Below, one piece after another: positions 29,365 through 41,012 of a stretch of DNA of 64,000 bases. How positions within the stretch are numbered: the stretch's first letter is position 1; the number at the start of each line of letters is the position of its first letter. The stretch lies in NCBI GenBank assembly GCA_039630575.1, contig JBCNUW010000007.1:7604-71603 (forward strand), read 5' to 3'. The notes beneath the pieces were generated by a model. The model was not told where the DNA came from. It made no database searches and saw nothing but the letters and a program-made list of their open reading frames with translations. A program made the position numbers and the translations under genes. The DNA comes from Candidatus Hydrothermales bacterium (GTDB lineage: Bacteria > Hydrothermota > Hydrothermia > Hydrothermales > JAJRUZ01).

Positions 29365-29820
29365 ATGAAAATGAAAGAAATAATCAAATGGGATCCTTTT
29401 AAAGAGATATCATCATTAAGGGATGAAATTGATAAACTTTTTGATTCATTTTTTGGAAGAAGGGGATATTTACTTGGCGAGACTGAAACTTTTGTTCCAG
29501 CTTGTGATCTTGAAGAAACTGAAGATTCCTTTATAATTTCTGCTGAAATTCCCGGTATGAAAAAGGACGAAATTAAAATCACTATAGATGAAGATGGAAT
29601 CACGATTTCTGGAGAAAGAAAAAAAGAGAGAGAAGAAAAGGGGAAAACCTATCATAGAATCGAAAGAAGTTATGGAAAATTCCAAAGATACATTCCTTTT
29701 CCCAAAGAGGTTCAACCTGAAAAAGCAAAAGCCACTTACAAGGATGGTGTTTTAAAAATTGAAGTTCCTAAAAGTGAGAAAGTAAAACCAAAAGAAATTA
29801 AAATTGAAATAGAAGAATAA
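29365..29820 (+). CDS. Small heat-shock protein, Hsp20/alpha-crystallin family
   Basis: 151 aa. Alpha-crystallin core: PACDLEETEDSFIISAEIPGMKKDEIKITIDEDGITISGERK..RIERSYGKFQRYIPFP..ATYKDGVLKIEVPK. Confidence 0.9.
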   Translation: MKMKEIIKWDPFKEISSLRDEIDKLFDSFFGRRGYLLGETETFVPACDLEETEDSFIISAEIPGMKKDEIKITIDEDGITISGERKKEREEKGKTYHRIERSYGKFQRYIPFPKEVQPEKAKATYKDGVLKIEVPKSEKVKPKEIKIEIEE

Positions 29821-29839
29821 AATAAACAAGTAGCCAAAA

Positions 29840-30541
29840 ATAAAAAAAATTAGACAAACACCAATAATCGGAATTACCCCTTCATTCTCATATAAATCAA
29901 ATAATTACAAAATAAATATGAAATATATTGAAGCAATCAAAAGAGTAGGAGGTATTCCATTAGTTATTCCCTATATAGACCTAGAGATTAGGAAAGATGA
30001 ATTTTTTGATTTATTTGATGGGTTTTTATTATCAGGTGGAGGAGATGTTCATCCAATGTTTTACGGTGAAGAACCAAGGAAAACTGAAAAAGTAATTCCT
30101 GAGAGAGACAAGTTCGAAATAGAGATAGTTAAAAAATGTTTTGAAAATAAAAAACCAATCCTTGGAATATGCAGGGGTTTACAAGTTATGAACGTGTCGA
30201 TGGGTGGAACCTTAATTCAAGATATAGAATCTTACATCGAACATAAACAATCAGCTCCATACAATAAACTTACTCATTCAATAATTATAGATAAAAAAAG
30301 TCAACTTTACGAAATATTCGGTAAAGAAGAGTTAATGGTAAACAGTTTTCATCATCAGGCAATAAGGAAATTAGGTGAAGAGTTAAAGATCTCAGCAAAG
30401 GCAAAAGATGAGATAGTAGAAGCAATTGAAAGCGAAAAACACCCGTTTTTTATCGGGGTTCAGTTTCATCCTGAACATTTATTTGAGGAAAATGAAATAT
30501 TTTTTAACCTGTTTAAAAGTTTTGTAGAGTGTTGTAAGTAA
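29840..30541 (+). CDS. Class I glutamine amidotransferase, peptidase C26 / gamma-glutamyl-GABA hydrolase-like
   Basis: GICRGLQVMN (nucleophile Cys) and GVQFHPE (His/Glu) motifs. The first ATG is at 29918. The in-frame upstream sequence back to the stop at 29831 encodes ..KKIRQTPIIGITPSFSYKSNNYKIN, which is the conserved first beta-strand of this family. It contains no ATG, GTG or TTG. The 5' end given here (ATA 29840) is therefore tentative. Confidence 0.7.
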   Translation: MKKIRQTPIIGITPSFSYKSNNYKINMKYIEAIKRVGGIPLVIPYIDLEIRKDEFFDLFDGFLLSGGGDVHPMFYGEEPRKTEKVIPERDKFEIEIVKKCFENKKPILGICRGLQVMNVSMGGTLIQDIESYIEHKQSAPYNKLTHSIIIDKKSQLYEIFGKEELMVNSFHHQAIRKLGEELKISAKAKDEIVEAIESEKHPFFIGVQFHPEHLFEENEIFFNLFKSFVECCK

Positions 30542-30907
30542 TTAATCTGAAGGAAATTTAAAATATTTTTTTATAATATCAAGTTTTTTCTCCCCTATAC
30601 CCTTTATCTCAAGTAATTCCTCTGGAGTTTTTATCTCACCCTTTTGACTTCTAAACTCAATTATTCTGGCTGCTAATCTTGGACCGATAGATGGCACATT
30701 CACTAAATCTTCAAAATCTGCTAAGTTAAAATCAATTTTTTCGATTTTTGTTTTTTCAGAATCAAACTTACTTTTAAGTAAAAACTTTTTCCCAAAATCA
30801 CCCAAAATTATAATGAAAATTAAAAGGTATAAAACCTTTTTCTCTGATTCAGAAGGATAAAGATAAAAATAAAATATATGTTTAAGGTACCCTAAAATCT
30901 TAAACAT
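30542..30907 (-). CDS. comEA: ComEA-family helix-hairpin-helix DNA-binding protein
   Basis: 121 aa. N-terminal hydrophobic anchor, then INLADFEDLVNVPSIGPRLAARIIEFR..ELLEIKGIGEKKLDIIK, which is tandem HhH. Confidence 0.7.
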   Translation of the reverse strand: MFKILGYLKHIFYFYLYPSESEKKVLYLLIFIIILGDFGKKFLLKSKFDSEKTKIEKIDFNLADFEDLVNVPSIGPRLAARIIEFRSQKGEIKTPEELLEIKGIGEKKLDIIKKYFKFPSD

Positions 30908-30945
30908 CTTGTAATTATACAGTTAAAGAAGTTAAAATACAAAAA

Positions 30946-33099
30946 ATGAAAATTTTTATAAACAACAGTGAATATGAAGTTGATCCAAACAAAACACTAT
31001 TAGAAATTTTAAGAGAAAATGGATATGAAGTACCCTTTTACTGCTTTCACCCAAACATAAGAATAACAGCTTCCTGTAGAGTCTGTATTGTAGAAGTAGA
31101 ACTTAAAGGCAAGAGGTTTCTTGTAACGGCTTGCTCAAATTATCCTCAAGAAGGAATTAAAATATTACCTGATTCTGAAAAATCAAAAGAGGCAAGAGCT
31201 AACATACTTGAATTAATGCTTATACATCATCCAATAGACTGTCCACTATGCGAAAAAGGAGGAAGATGCGATTTACAAGATTTCACCTATAAGTTTGGAA
31301 GAGCTTTAAAAGAGACTGATTTAAATAAAATCTTACCAAAAAAGCAAAAGTTTAGTGGACTTTTAAGGTTTTATCAAACAAGATGTATTCTATGTTATAG
31401 GTGCTCTAATTTCTGTAGGGAGGAGCTTTATTCTGATAAGTGGCTATCTTTTAAAAGAGGAAAAGAAAGTTTTGTAGGCCCCTTTGATTTAGAACTTACA
31501 GATGATGTACCCTTTTTAGGTTATTTAACTCATTTATGCCCTGTAGGAGCAATTCTAGATGATAAAGATTATAGATACGGACCAAGACCATGGGATCTTA
31601 AAGAAATTGAAAGCTCCTGTTTTCTTTGTTCAACAGGTTGTGAGCTCAAATTTTGGGTTAAAAAGGAGCGCAGAGAAAAAGTTTTAAAATCTGGATTTAA
31701 AAAGAAACCAGACAAAATTTACAAGGTAATTGCAAAAGATGATTTTGAAAATCCAACTGTTTTTTGTGACAGAATATTTTATGGAAAGGATTTCATATCA
31801 AACAGTAAAAGGATTTTTAAAGGATATACATCAGAGGAAGCTAAAGAGAAACTTAAAAAAGTTCTTGATGAATATGATAGCGATGAAATTGCCTTTTTAA
31901 TTTCTCCTCGTGAAGTAGACGAAATTTTGAAAAAGATTAAAAATTTTATAATTAAAGAGAATATCAAGAATGTAGCTGCTTTGCCAGGTAAAATATACGG
32001 TGGATCAGAGAATATAATTTCAGAGTTAAACTATAATGATTTTGAAAATTCCTTTTCTCTTTTATATTTTACACTAATAGACTACTCACACCCTGTAATC
32101 GGATTTGAACTTTTTAGAATAATGAAAGAAGGTAAAAGGTTAAAAAGGTTTAAAGGGGCTTTTCTTGAAAATGTAGCTAAAAAAGAGAATTTCTTTACTG
32201 TCATAACTGGTTTTGAGGACAGGTTCTTTAAAAATTCAGACTTTTATTTAAAATTGACATTAAAAATATCTTATGAACTTATCCTTGATCTTATATTTCT
32301 CTTCTTAAAGGAAAAAGGTAAATTACCCGAAATTAAAGATTTTAAACTTATTAATGAATATTTTTTTGAAGAACATTTAAGAGAGAGAAAAATTGTTTTA
32401 AAAGAATCGGAGATAATTTTTGAAAAGATAAAAAATTACAAAAATTTTATAGTTATTTTTAATGATATGTTAGAACCAAAAATACAGCTACTTTTATATT
32501 TCTTATCAAAGTATCATGAGAACGGTAAAATTTTAAACTTAAGAAGTGCTTATAATACAGAAGGATTCTTAAGAATTTTTAAAGGCTTCCACTTTAAAAG
32601 TTTAAAAGAAATTAAAAATAAATTAAAAAACAAAGAAATAAAGTGTTTAATACTTTATAGAGTTGAGCCCTATTTTGACATTCTTGACAAAGAGTTTTTG
32701 TATCTTATGGAAAACACAAAAGTCTTTTACATAAATTCATTAAAACCAAAAAGTGAAATAAAAATGGATTATATTTTTATTTCAACACCCTTTGAATATG
32801 GGGGAGAATTTATTAACAATTTAGGTGAAAAGAGGAAAATTAACAAACTTTTTGATCCACTTTTTGAAAGTCAAAATCCTCACAGCTTGTTTTATGAGGA
32901 AAATTACGAATTAACCGGAGAGGAAAAAATTTTGTTAGATTTTAATATATTTATGGAGGATGTTGATGAAGAAGAATTTTTAATAGAAAAACCTAATTTA
33001 TGGGATATTAATCTTTTATTCACTGAAAATATAAAAAAGGAATTTGAATTCAGCGGTCTTAAGCCAATTGTTAAATTAAAAAGACTTTTTCATGAGTGA
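30946..33099 (+). CDS. NuoG-like (NADH dehydrogenase 75-kDa subunit type) multi-Fe-S protein, stand-alone
   Basis: 717 aa. The 2Fe-2S ferredoxin-like N-terminus has CFHP..ASCRVCIVEV..ACS. The His-ligated cluster motif is HHPIDCPLCEKGGRCDLQD. The 4Fe-4S motif is CILCYRCSNFC..LCPVGAI. A fourth cluster motif is CFLCSTGCELKF..VFCDR, followed by a divergent molybdopterin-oxidoreductase-like region. No other nuo genes are nearby. Confidence 0.7.
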   Translation: MKIFINNSEYEVDPNKTLLEILRENGYEVPFYCFHPNIRITASCRVCIVEVELKGKRFLVTACSNYPQEGIKILPDSEKSKEARANILELMLIHHPIDCPLCEKGGRCDLQDFTYKFGRALKETDLNKILPKKQKFSGLLRFYQTRCILCYRCSNFCREELYSDKWLSFKRGKESFVGPFDLELTDDVPFLGYLTHLCPVGAILDDKDYRYGPRPWDLKEIESSCFLCSTGCELKFWVKKERREKVLKSGFKKKPDKIYKVIAKDDFENPTVFCDRIFYGKDFISNSKRIFKGYTSEEAKEKLKKVLDEYDSDEIAFLISPREVDEILKKIKNFIIKENIKNVAALPGKIYGGSENIISELNYNDFENSFSLLYFTLIDYSHPVIGFELFRIMKEGKRLKRFKGAFLENVAKKENFFTVITGFEDRFFKNSDFYLKLTLKISYELILDLIFLFLKEKGKLPEIKDFKLINEYFFEEHLRERKIVLKESEIIFEKIKNYKNFIVIFNDMLEPKIQLLLYFLSKYHENGKILNLRSAYNTEGFLRIFKGFHFKSLKEIKNKLKNKEIKCLILYRVEPYFDILDKEFLYLMENTKVFYINSLKPKSEIKMDYIFISTPFEYGGEFINNLGEKRKINKLFDPLFESQNPHSLFYEENYELTGEEKILLDFNIFMEDVDEEEFLIEKPNLWDINLLFTENIKKEFEFSGLKPIVKLKRLFHE

Positions 33100-33683
33100 T
33101 ATTTGGAGGAATTGATTTATCAATAAGGGATAAAAATAAAGCAATCTGTTTTATAGAAAATAAGAGAAAACCAAAGATAATTTTATTAAAAAGAAAAGTT
33201 TCGGATAAGGAAATTATTGATTTAGTTAAAAAGTATAAACCAGTCTTTCTTTCTATAGATGCGCCTTTAAAATGGAAAGAATTTGTCGATAGAAAAGAAG
33301 ATAAAATTTTAAGAAAATACTTAAAAAAAAGAAAAATTAAAAATGTAGGTGTACTTCCCTTCTATGTAAAAAGTATGATGGGACTTTCTAAAAAGGGAAG
33401 GTATTTATACAGTAAATTGAAGAATATAACAAAAGTTCTTGAAACACACCCAACAGCATCAATCAGAGCAAATGGGTTTGAAGGTAACTATAAAAAAAAT
33501 AAAGAAGAATTTAAAAAAATTTTAAAAAGATTGAAATATAAATTTATGAACATAGAAATGATTAAAAACCATAATGAACTCGATGCTTTATTTTGTGCAC
33601 TTTTTTCTTTGTACTACTTTGAAGGAAAAAATATAGTTATCTTAAGAAAAAAAATACCCTATGGAATTATAGTGAAAATTTAA
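33096..33683 (+). CDS. RNase-H-fold protein, DUF429-like (tentative)
   Basis: 195 aa. Acidic motifs in the expected order: FGGIDLS, FLSIDAPL, HNELDALFCAL. The GTG start overlaps the NuoG-like stop (GTGA). Confidence 0.4.
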   Translation: MIFGGIDLSIRDKNKAICFIENKRKPKIILLKRKVSDKEIIDLVKKYKPVFLSIDAPLKWKEFVDRKEDKILRKYLKKRKIKNVGVLPFYVKSMMGLSKKGRYLYSKLKNITKVLETHPTASIRANGFEGNYKKNKEEFKKILKRLKYKFMNIEMIKNHNELDALFCALFSLYYFEGKNIVILRKKIPYGIIVKI

Positions 33684-33686
33684 ATG

Positions 33687-34391
33687 TTACTCAATCTCCT
33701 CACCTGGCTTTAAAATTATAACTTCTATATTTAATGATGGATCAAGTTGATTTTTAAATTCATCAGGAGTTCCTGTTAGTATTGGAAAGGTTCCATAATG
33801 CATTGGAATCACAAACTTTGGTTTTAAAAGCTTACATGCATAACTTGCTTCAAGAGGACCCATGGTATAATGAGATCCTATGGGTAAAAGCGCAAGATCT
33901 GGTTTATATAGCTTTCCAATTATTTCCATTCCTGAAAAAACTCCAGTATCTCCAGCATGGTATACAGTAAAGTTATTTTCAAATTTAATAACAAACCCTG
34001 TAGGATCTCCACCTGGTATTATTTTGTCTCCTTCCTGAATTGATGAGGAATGAGTTGCCTCAGTTTGAATTATCTCTATATCTCCATCCTTAACATGTCC
34101 ACCTATATTCATTCCTATTGAATTTTTAATTCCCTTTGATTGGAGATATACATAAATCTCGTGTATAGAATAAACTTTTGCATTAGTTTTTTTGGCAATT
34201 TCTATAGTATCTCCAATATGATCACCATGAGCATGTGTTAAGAGTATTATATCAGCTTTATCGTAATCTTTTGTAGTTGAAACAGGATTATTTAGCCATG
34301 GATCAACAAATATTACTTTCCCAAAAGGAGATATAAATCTAAAGGCCGCATGGCCATAATATTTTACTTTTATTCCATTAAATTTTTTCAT
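33687..34391 (-). CDS. UPF0173-type metal-dependent hydrolase (MBL fold)
   Basis: 234 aa. KVKYYGHAAFRF..VIFVDPWL..ILLTHAHGDHIGD..VYHAGDTG. Confidence 0.75.
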   Translation of the reverse strand: MKKFNGIKVKYYGHAAFRFISPFGKVIFVDPWLNNPVSTTKDYDKADIILLTHAHGDHIGDTIEIAKKTNAKVYSIHEIYVYLQSKGIKNSIGMNIGGHVKDGDIEIIQTEATHSSSIQEGDKIIPGGDPTGFVIKFENNFTVYHAGDTGVFSGMEIIGKLYKPDLALLPIGSHYTMGPLEASYACKLLKPKFVIPMHYGTFPILTGTPDEFKNQLDPSLNIEVIILKPGEEIE

Positions 34392-34419
34392 TTTCCCTCC
34401 TTTTTAAAAATTATGAGAA

Positions 34420-35643
34420 TTATACTAAGATTTTTTCAAGTAACTTTTTAGTCACCCTTGATATCTCATAGTTTTCTTTCACAAAGTTAAAAGCATTAAT
34501 TACTAACACTCTACTGAGTTTTTTATCTTCCAAAAGTCTAATAATTTTCCTTGCAAAATCTTTTTCATCTTTTGCAATTAACAAATGCTTTCCATCCTCA
34601 ACACCTATTCCCTCAGCTCCCTTAGGAGTTGTAACAATAGGAGCCCCAAACTGCATAGCTTCAAGTAATTTTACCTTTATTCCTGTTCCAAATCTCAAAG
34701 GTGAGACAAAAATAATTGCTCTTTTATAAAAAGTCTCAAGATCATCAACTGCTCCCCAAACTTTCACATTTTTTTCTTTACCTAGAATGCCTTTTAGATC
34801 TTCCCTAACATTTGAACCCACAATCCAAAATTCAATTTCAGGAAATTTTTCTCTTACGTAGGGAAAAATTTTTTTAACAAAATAAAAAACAGCATCTGGA
34901 TTTGGAGCATAATCCATCTTGCCAACAAAAAGCAGGTAATTTTCCTTTTTATCTATTTTTAATTCCTCTTCAATTTTAACGGTAGGTGGGAAAAGAATCA
35001 CATTTTTTATACCGTTTTTTTCAAGATATTTTTTATCTTTTTCTGAGTTTGTTAAAACAAAATCAAAAAATTTTGACCAATACTTTTCATATTTTCTCAT
35101 CATTTTTATCTCGTAGGACAACAGAAAACTTTTAATGAAATGAATTTTTAAAATTCCTCTAATTATGGAAGGTATACTATAAATAGCTTCACCAAAAGGA
35201 TTTTCTATATCTTTTATAAATTTTTTCATATTCATATACTTTAAGGACTGAGGATCATCCATATTTAAGATAGTTTTATTTCTTTTTACATAAGGAAAAA
35301 CGTGAGCGATTCTTAAATAATCAATAAAAATCAAATCAGGCTTTATTCTTTCAACAAAAACTTTTAGATTTATAAAAGCTTTCTTATTTATGTAAAACAC
35401 TATTTCAAAAGGATTTTTAAAAAAAGAAAATATAAGATTTTTTAAAAAAGATAATTTAGATAAAAAAGGAGCAAATTGAGCCTCCTCAAAGATTTGGTTA
35501 TCTTTAATATCAAAATTAACAAAAGAGTAAAGGTAAAGTTTATATCCACACTTTTTTAATTCATTTGTAAAAAGAAAAATTTTCTTTCTGAGACCAGAAA
35601 AGGGTGGAAATAAAACTTGAGAAGTTATAAAAAGAATTTTCAT
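34420..35643 (-). CDS. Glycosyltransferase family 4 (GT-B, RfaG-like)
   Basis: 407 aa. MKILFITSQ..FPP.SG N-terminus. The C-terminal E-x7-E region is FVSPLRFGTGIKVKLLEAMQFGAPIVTT. Confidence 0.75.
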   Translation of the reverse strand: MKILFITSQVLFPPFSGLRKKIFLFTNELKKCGYKLYLYSFVNFDIKDNQIFEEAQFAPFLSKLSFLKNLIFSFFKNPFEIVFYINKKAFINLKVFVERIKPDLIFIDYLRIAHVFPYVKRNKTILNMDDPQSLKYMNMKKFIKDIENPFGEAIYSIPSIIRGILKIHFIKSFLLSYEIKMMRKYEKYWSKFFDFVLTNSEKDKKYLEKNGIKNVILFPPTVKIEEELKIDKKENYLLFVGKMDYAPNPDAVFYFVKKIFPYVREKFPEIEFWIVGSNVREDLKGILGKEKNVKVWGAVDDLETFYKRAIIFVSPLRFGTGIKVKLLEAMQFGAPIVTTPKGAEGIGVEDGKHLLIAKDEKDFARKIIRLLEDKKLSRVLVINAFNFVKENYEISRVTKKLLEKILV

Positions 35644-35699
35644 TAATAAAATTTTAGGAATTTTATGAAAAGTTTTACAAAGTATTTTATAATTAAAAA

Positions 35700-37160
35700 A
35701 TGTTAGAAGCCCTAAAGGTAAAAGTAAATAAAATCTTTATTTTTTATTTCACAACCTTTGTTCTATTTTTTCTTCTTTTTGGTTACCTTCTCTTAGAAAC
35801 GAATATTTCTTTAATTTTAGTTGGAAAAGTATTTATTTTTTTATCTTTTCTTTTAATACTTCCTATAGGAAATTTTTTTAGAAATGTTATAATTTTTCTA
35901 CCACTATCCTTAATTTTAAAGTTATCTATAAATTTTAATTACATTGTTTCGCCTTTACACTTAAAACCGGCTCTTTCAAATATAGTCTTACCCTTCAAAA
36001 TGTTTAATCTTTTTGTATTAATATTTATATTTTTTCTTTTTCTTTATTTCTTAAGTGGTAACAAATTGAAAGAAAAAGTGCCTTTTTTTAATTTTCTGAT
36101 CATTTTATCTTCTTTAAACTTTCTATCAATTCTTTGGTCATTAAAGAAAGATTATGCTTTTTTAAACTCCTTTATGTTTTTAATAAACTCTTTCTATTAC
36201 TTTATTGGTTTTCTTTACTTTAAAGAAAAAAAAGATTTAAACCTTCTCCTTTTATCACTTTTAATTTTTTTGGTTTTTAATTTTTTAATATCCTTTTTCC
36301 AATATTTCCTTCCTGATTCAATAATCGCAAGATTCTGGAAAGTAGAAATAGGTGAATATTATTGGAGCTTAAGAGTAAAAGGTGTTTTTTATCACAGTAA
36401 CAGTTATTCAGCATTTATAAATCTTGCTCTTATAATGATATTAAGCTTTATTTTATACAGTGAAAGTAGACTTTTAAAATATTCTCTAATTTTTATACTT
36501 TTTTCTGCTGTTTTCACAATTTTCTTAACCTTTTCTAGAGCCGGTTATCTTTCATTATTTCTATCAATTTATTTTTTCTGTTTCTTTTATCTTTTAAAAA
36601 AGGGAAAAGCAAAAATTCTAATATTTTATACAATTTTAACAATAATACTTTTTGCAATATTTTTATTTATAATCAAATTAATTTCACCTTCTATTTATTT
36701 AAGATTTGAATCTATACTTTGGGGTAGGAGGGAAATAAGTATATTAATCAGAACAATATTTTGGAAAGAGGCTATCAAAATTTTTATTAATAACCCTATA
36801 AAAGGTTTGGGAAGTGGACAGTTTGCCTTTACGGATTTCTCTCAAATTCACCTGCATGCACATAATGCGTTTCTAAACTTTCTTGTTGAACTTGGAATAC
36901 TCGGTTTTATCGTATTTATAGTCTTTCTTTATAAAATATTTAGATTTCTCTTAGATATTTTTAGAAAAACTAATGAAAGAGAAATATTCCTAATAATAGG
37001 GCTTATTACAGGTTGGATTTCAATAATTTTTCAACTTTTTTTTGATTATTACTGGTTAAATGCTATTTACGATATGGAAATCAAATTTTTCTTTTTATAT
37101 ATCCTTATAACTATTCTGTTAACAAAATTTTATTTTAAAGAAAAATTACAAATCCCTTAA
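35700..37160 (+). CDS. O-antigen ligase/polymerase-like integral membrane protein (Wzy_C-type)
   Basis: 486 aa. Polytopic and very hydrophobic. Has FSRAGYLSL and a periplasmic-loop motif GLGSGQF..HLHAHNAFLNFLVELGILGF. Confidence 0.65.
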   Translation: MLEALKVKVNKIFIFYFTTFVLFFLLFGYLLLETNISLILVGKVFIFLSFLLILPIGNFFRNVIIFLPLSLILKLSINFNYIVSPLHLKPALSNIVLPFKMFNLFVLIFIFFLFLYFLSGNKLKEKVPFFNFLIILSSLNFLSILWSLKKDYAFLNSFMFLINSFYYFIGFLYFKEKKDLNLLLLSLLIFLVFNFLISFFQYFLPDSIIARFWKVEIGEYYWSLRVKGVFYHSNSYSAFINLALIMILSFILYSESRLLKYSLIFILFSAVFTIFLTFSRAGYLSLFLSIYFFCFFYLLKKGKAKILIFYTILTIILFAIFLFIIKLISPSIYLRFESILWGRREISILIRTIFWKEAIKIFINNPIKGLGSGQFAFTDFSQIHLHAHNAFLNFLVELGILGFIVFIVFLYKIFRFLLDIFRKTNEREIFLIIGLITGWISIIFQLFFDYYWLNAIYDMEIKFFFLYILITILLTKFYFKEKLQIP

Positions 37161-37558
37161 TCTCTTTGACAAAACTTTAGCAATCTCAAGTAAAAGTTTA
37201 CAGGCTGCCTTTGGTTTTGATTCAATAAGATCAAAAAAAGCGCGATGTGAAAAGAGTAACACCTCTGAATCCTCAACCGCTCTACAGGTAGCACTTCTTA
37301 CACTTTCCTCTATGAGAGCCATTTCACCTATAAAATCTCCCGGACCAAACAAGGCAATTTGTACTTCCTCTCCTTTGTTATTTTTCTTTAAAATCTCTAA
37401 TTTACCCCTTTTAATTAAAAACAAAAACCTTCCCGTATCCCCTTCAAAGAATATAATCCTACCTTTTTTAAACTCTCTAACACTTATATAAGGTGCTATA
37501 TCTTTTATGGTCTCTTCTGATAACCCCTTAAATAACTTATTCTTTTTTAAAGTATTTA

Positions 37559-37577
<19 letters not shown>
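37146..37577 (-). CDS. Stand-alone cyclic-nucleotide-binding domain protein
   Basis: 143 aa. LFKGLSEE..FKKGRIIFFEGDTGRFLFLIKRGKLEI..GDFIGEMALIEESVRSATCRAVEDSEVL. No output domain. Confidence 0.75.
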
Positions 37578-39998
<2,421 letters not shown>

Positions 39999-40004
39999 TT
40001 AAGT

Positions 40005-41012
40005 TTAAGTTCCAATAAATTTTGAAATCAAATTTTTTATCTTTTTTTCATCAATTAAATCCTTCGAGCTTATAAAAAGCTTACCTTCTTTAAAAAGTTT
40101 TATTTCTTCTTCCTTTACCTTTAATTTTATGAAAAATCTATTCTCTTCAAATCCTTCATAATTTCTCCAATTCTGTTTTATTTTTTCATAATCAAAAAAG
40201 TCAAGTTTTATATATACTGTTTTTTCTGAACAAAAAGTCATAATTTTTTGATCCTCTTTGTCTATAAACTCAAATTTTCCAAAAGTACAAAGTGAACAAT
40301 CTCTTCTTTTTTTTAATTTAAATTCTCTTAATGAATAATTATCAGAAAAATCAATATAAATCATTCTGTTAATATAATTCCTTTTTAAGGTAAAGTACTT
40401 AATGGCAAAATCTAGTTGTATTCCTGCTACTATTTTTGCCACTACAGGGTTAATTCCGTGAGTTTCGCAAGTATCAATTCTTCCTTTTTTTGGAATTTCC
40501 TTAAAGAGACACCTATAACATGCTCCAACCCATGGGATAAAAAAAGCAATTTCACCCCTTTCACCAACACATGCACCATGAACCCAAGGTATCTTTCTTT
40601 TAAAAGAGAATTCATTTATTAAAAACCTTGTTTCCAGGTTATCAACTGCATCAAATATAAGAGAAATATCATCTTTAATATCATTTAAAAAGGATGGAGA
40701 AAAATCCTCAAAAAAAATTTTTACGTTTACACTTTCATCGATTAATCTAATTTTTTCCTGAGAAGCAACTACCTTAGGTTTTCCCATCTCTGCATCTTCT
40801 TTAGTGTAAAGTGGTGAGTTTAAAAGATCATGAAATTCTACATAATCTCTATCAATTAAAACTAAATTTTTAAAACCAGCTCTAACAAGAAGATCTAAAA
40901 TATTTGAGCCAAGAGCACCCAAGCCAACAATCAAAACATTTTTATATCTTAAATCACCAAGATTTTTACCCCATTTAAGTGGATAAAGTCTTTTTAACCT
41001 CTCATCTATCAT
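40005..41012 (-). CDS. ThiF/MoeB/HesA-family E1-like adenylyltransferase with about 100-aa C-terminal extension
   Basis: Rossmann motif VLIVGLGALGSNILDLLVRAGF..LIDRD. Two CxxC pairs: ACYRC and CSLC. I prefer ATG 41012 (MIDERLKRLY), which forms an ATGA overlap with the upstream stop, over the ORF-track start at 41042. Confidence 0.7.
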   Translation of the reverse strand: MIDERLKRLYPLKWGKNLGDLRYKNVLIVGLGALGSNILDLLVRAGFKNLVLIDRDYVEFHDLLNSPLYTKEDAEMGKPKVVASQEKIRLIDESVNVKIFFEDFSPSFLNDIKDDISLIFDAVDNLETRFLINEFSFKRKIPWVHGACVGERGEIAFFIPWVGACYRCLFKEIPKKGRIDTCETHGINPVVAKIVAGIQLDFAIKYFTLKRNYINRMIYIDFSDNYSLREFKLKKRRDCSLCTFGKFEFIDKEDQKIMTFCSEKTVYIKLDFFDYEKIKQNWRNYEGFEENRFFIKLKVKEEEIKLFKEGKLFISSKDLIDEKKIKNLISKFIGT

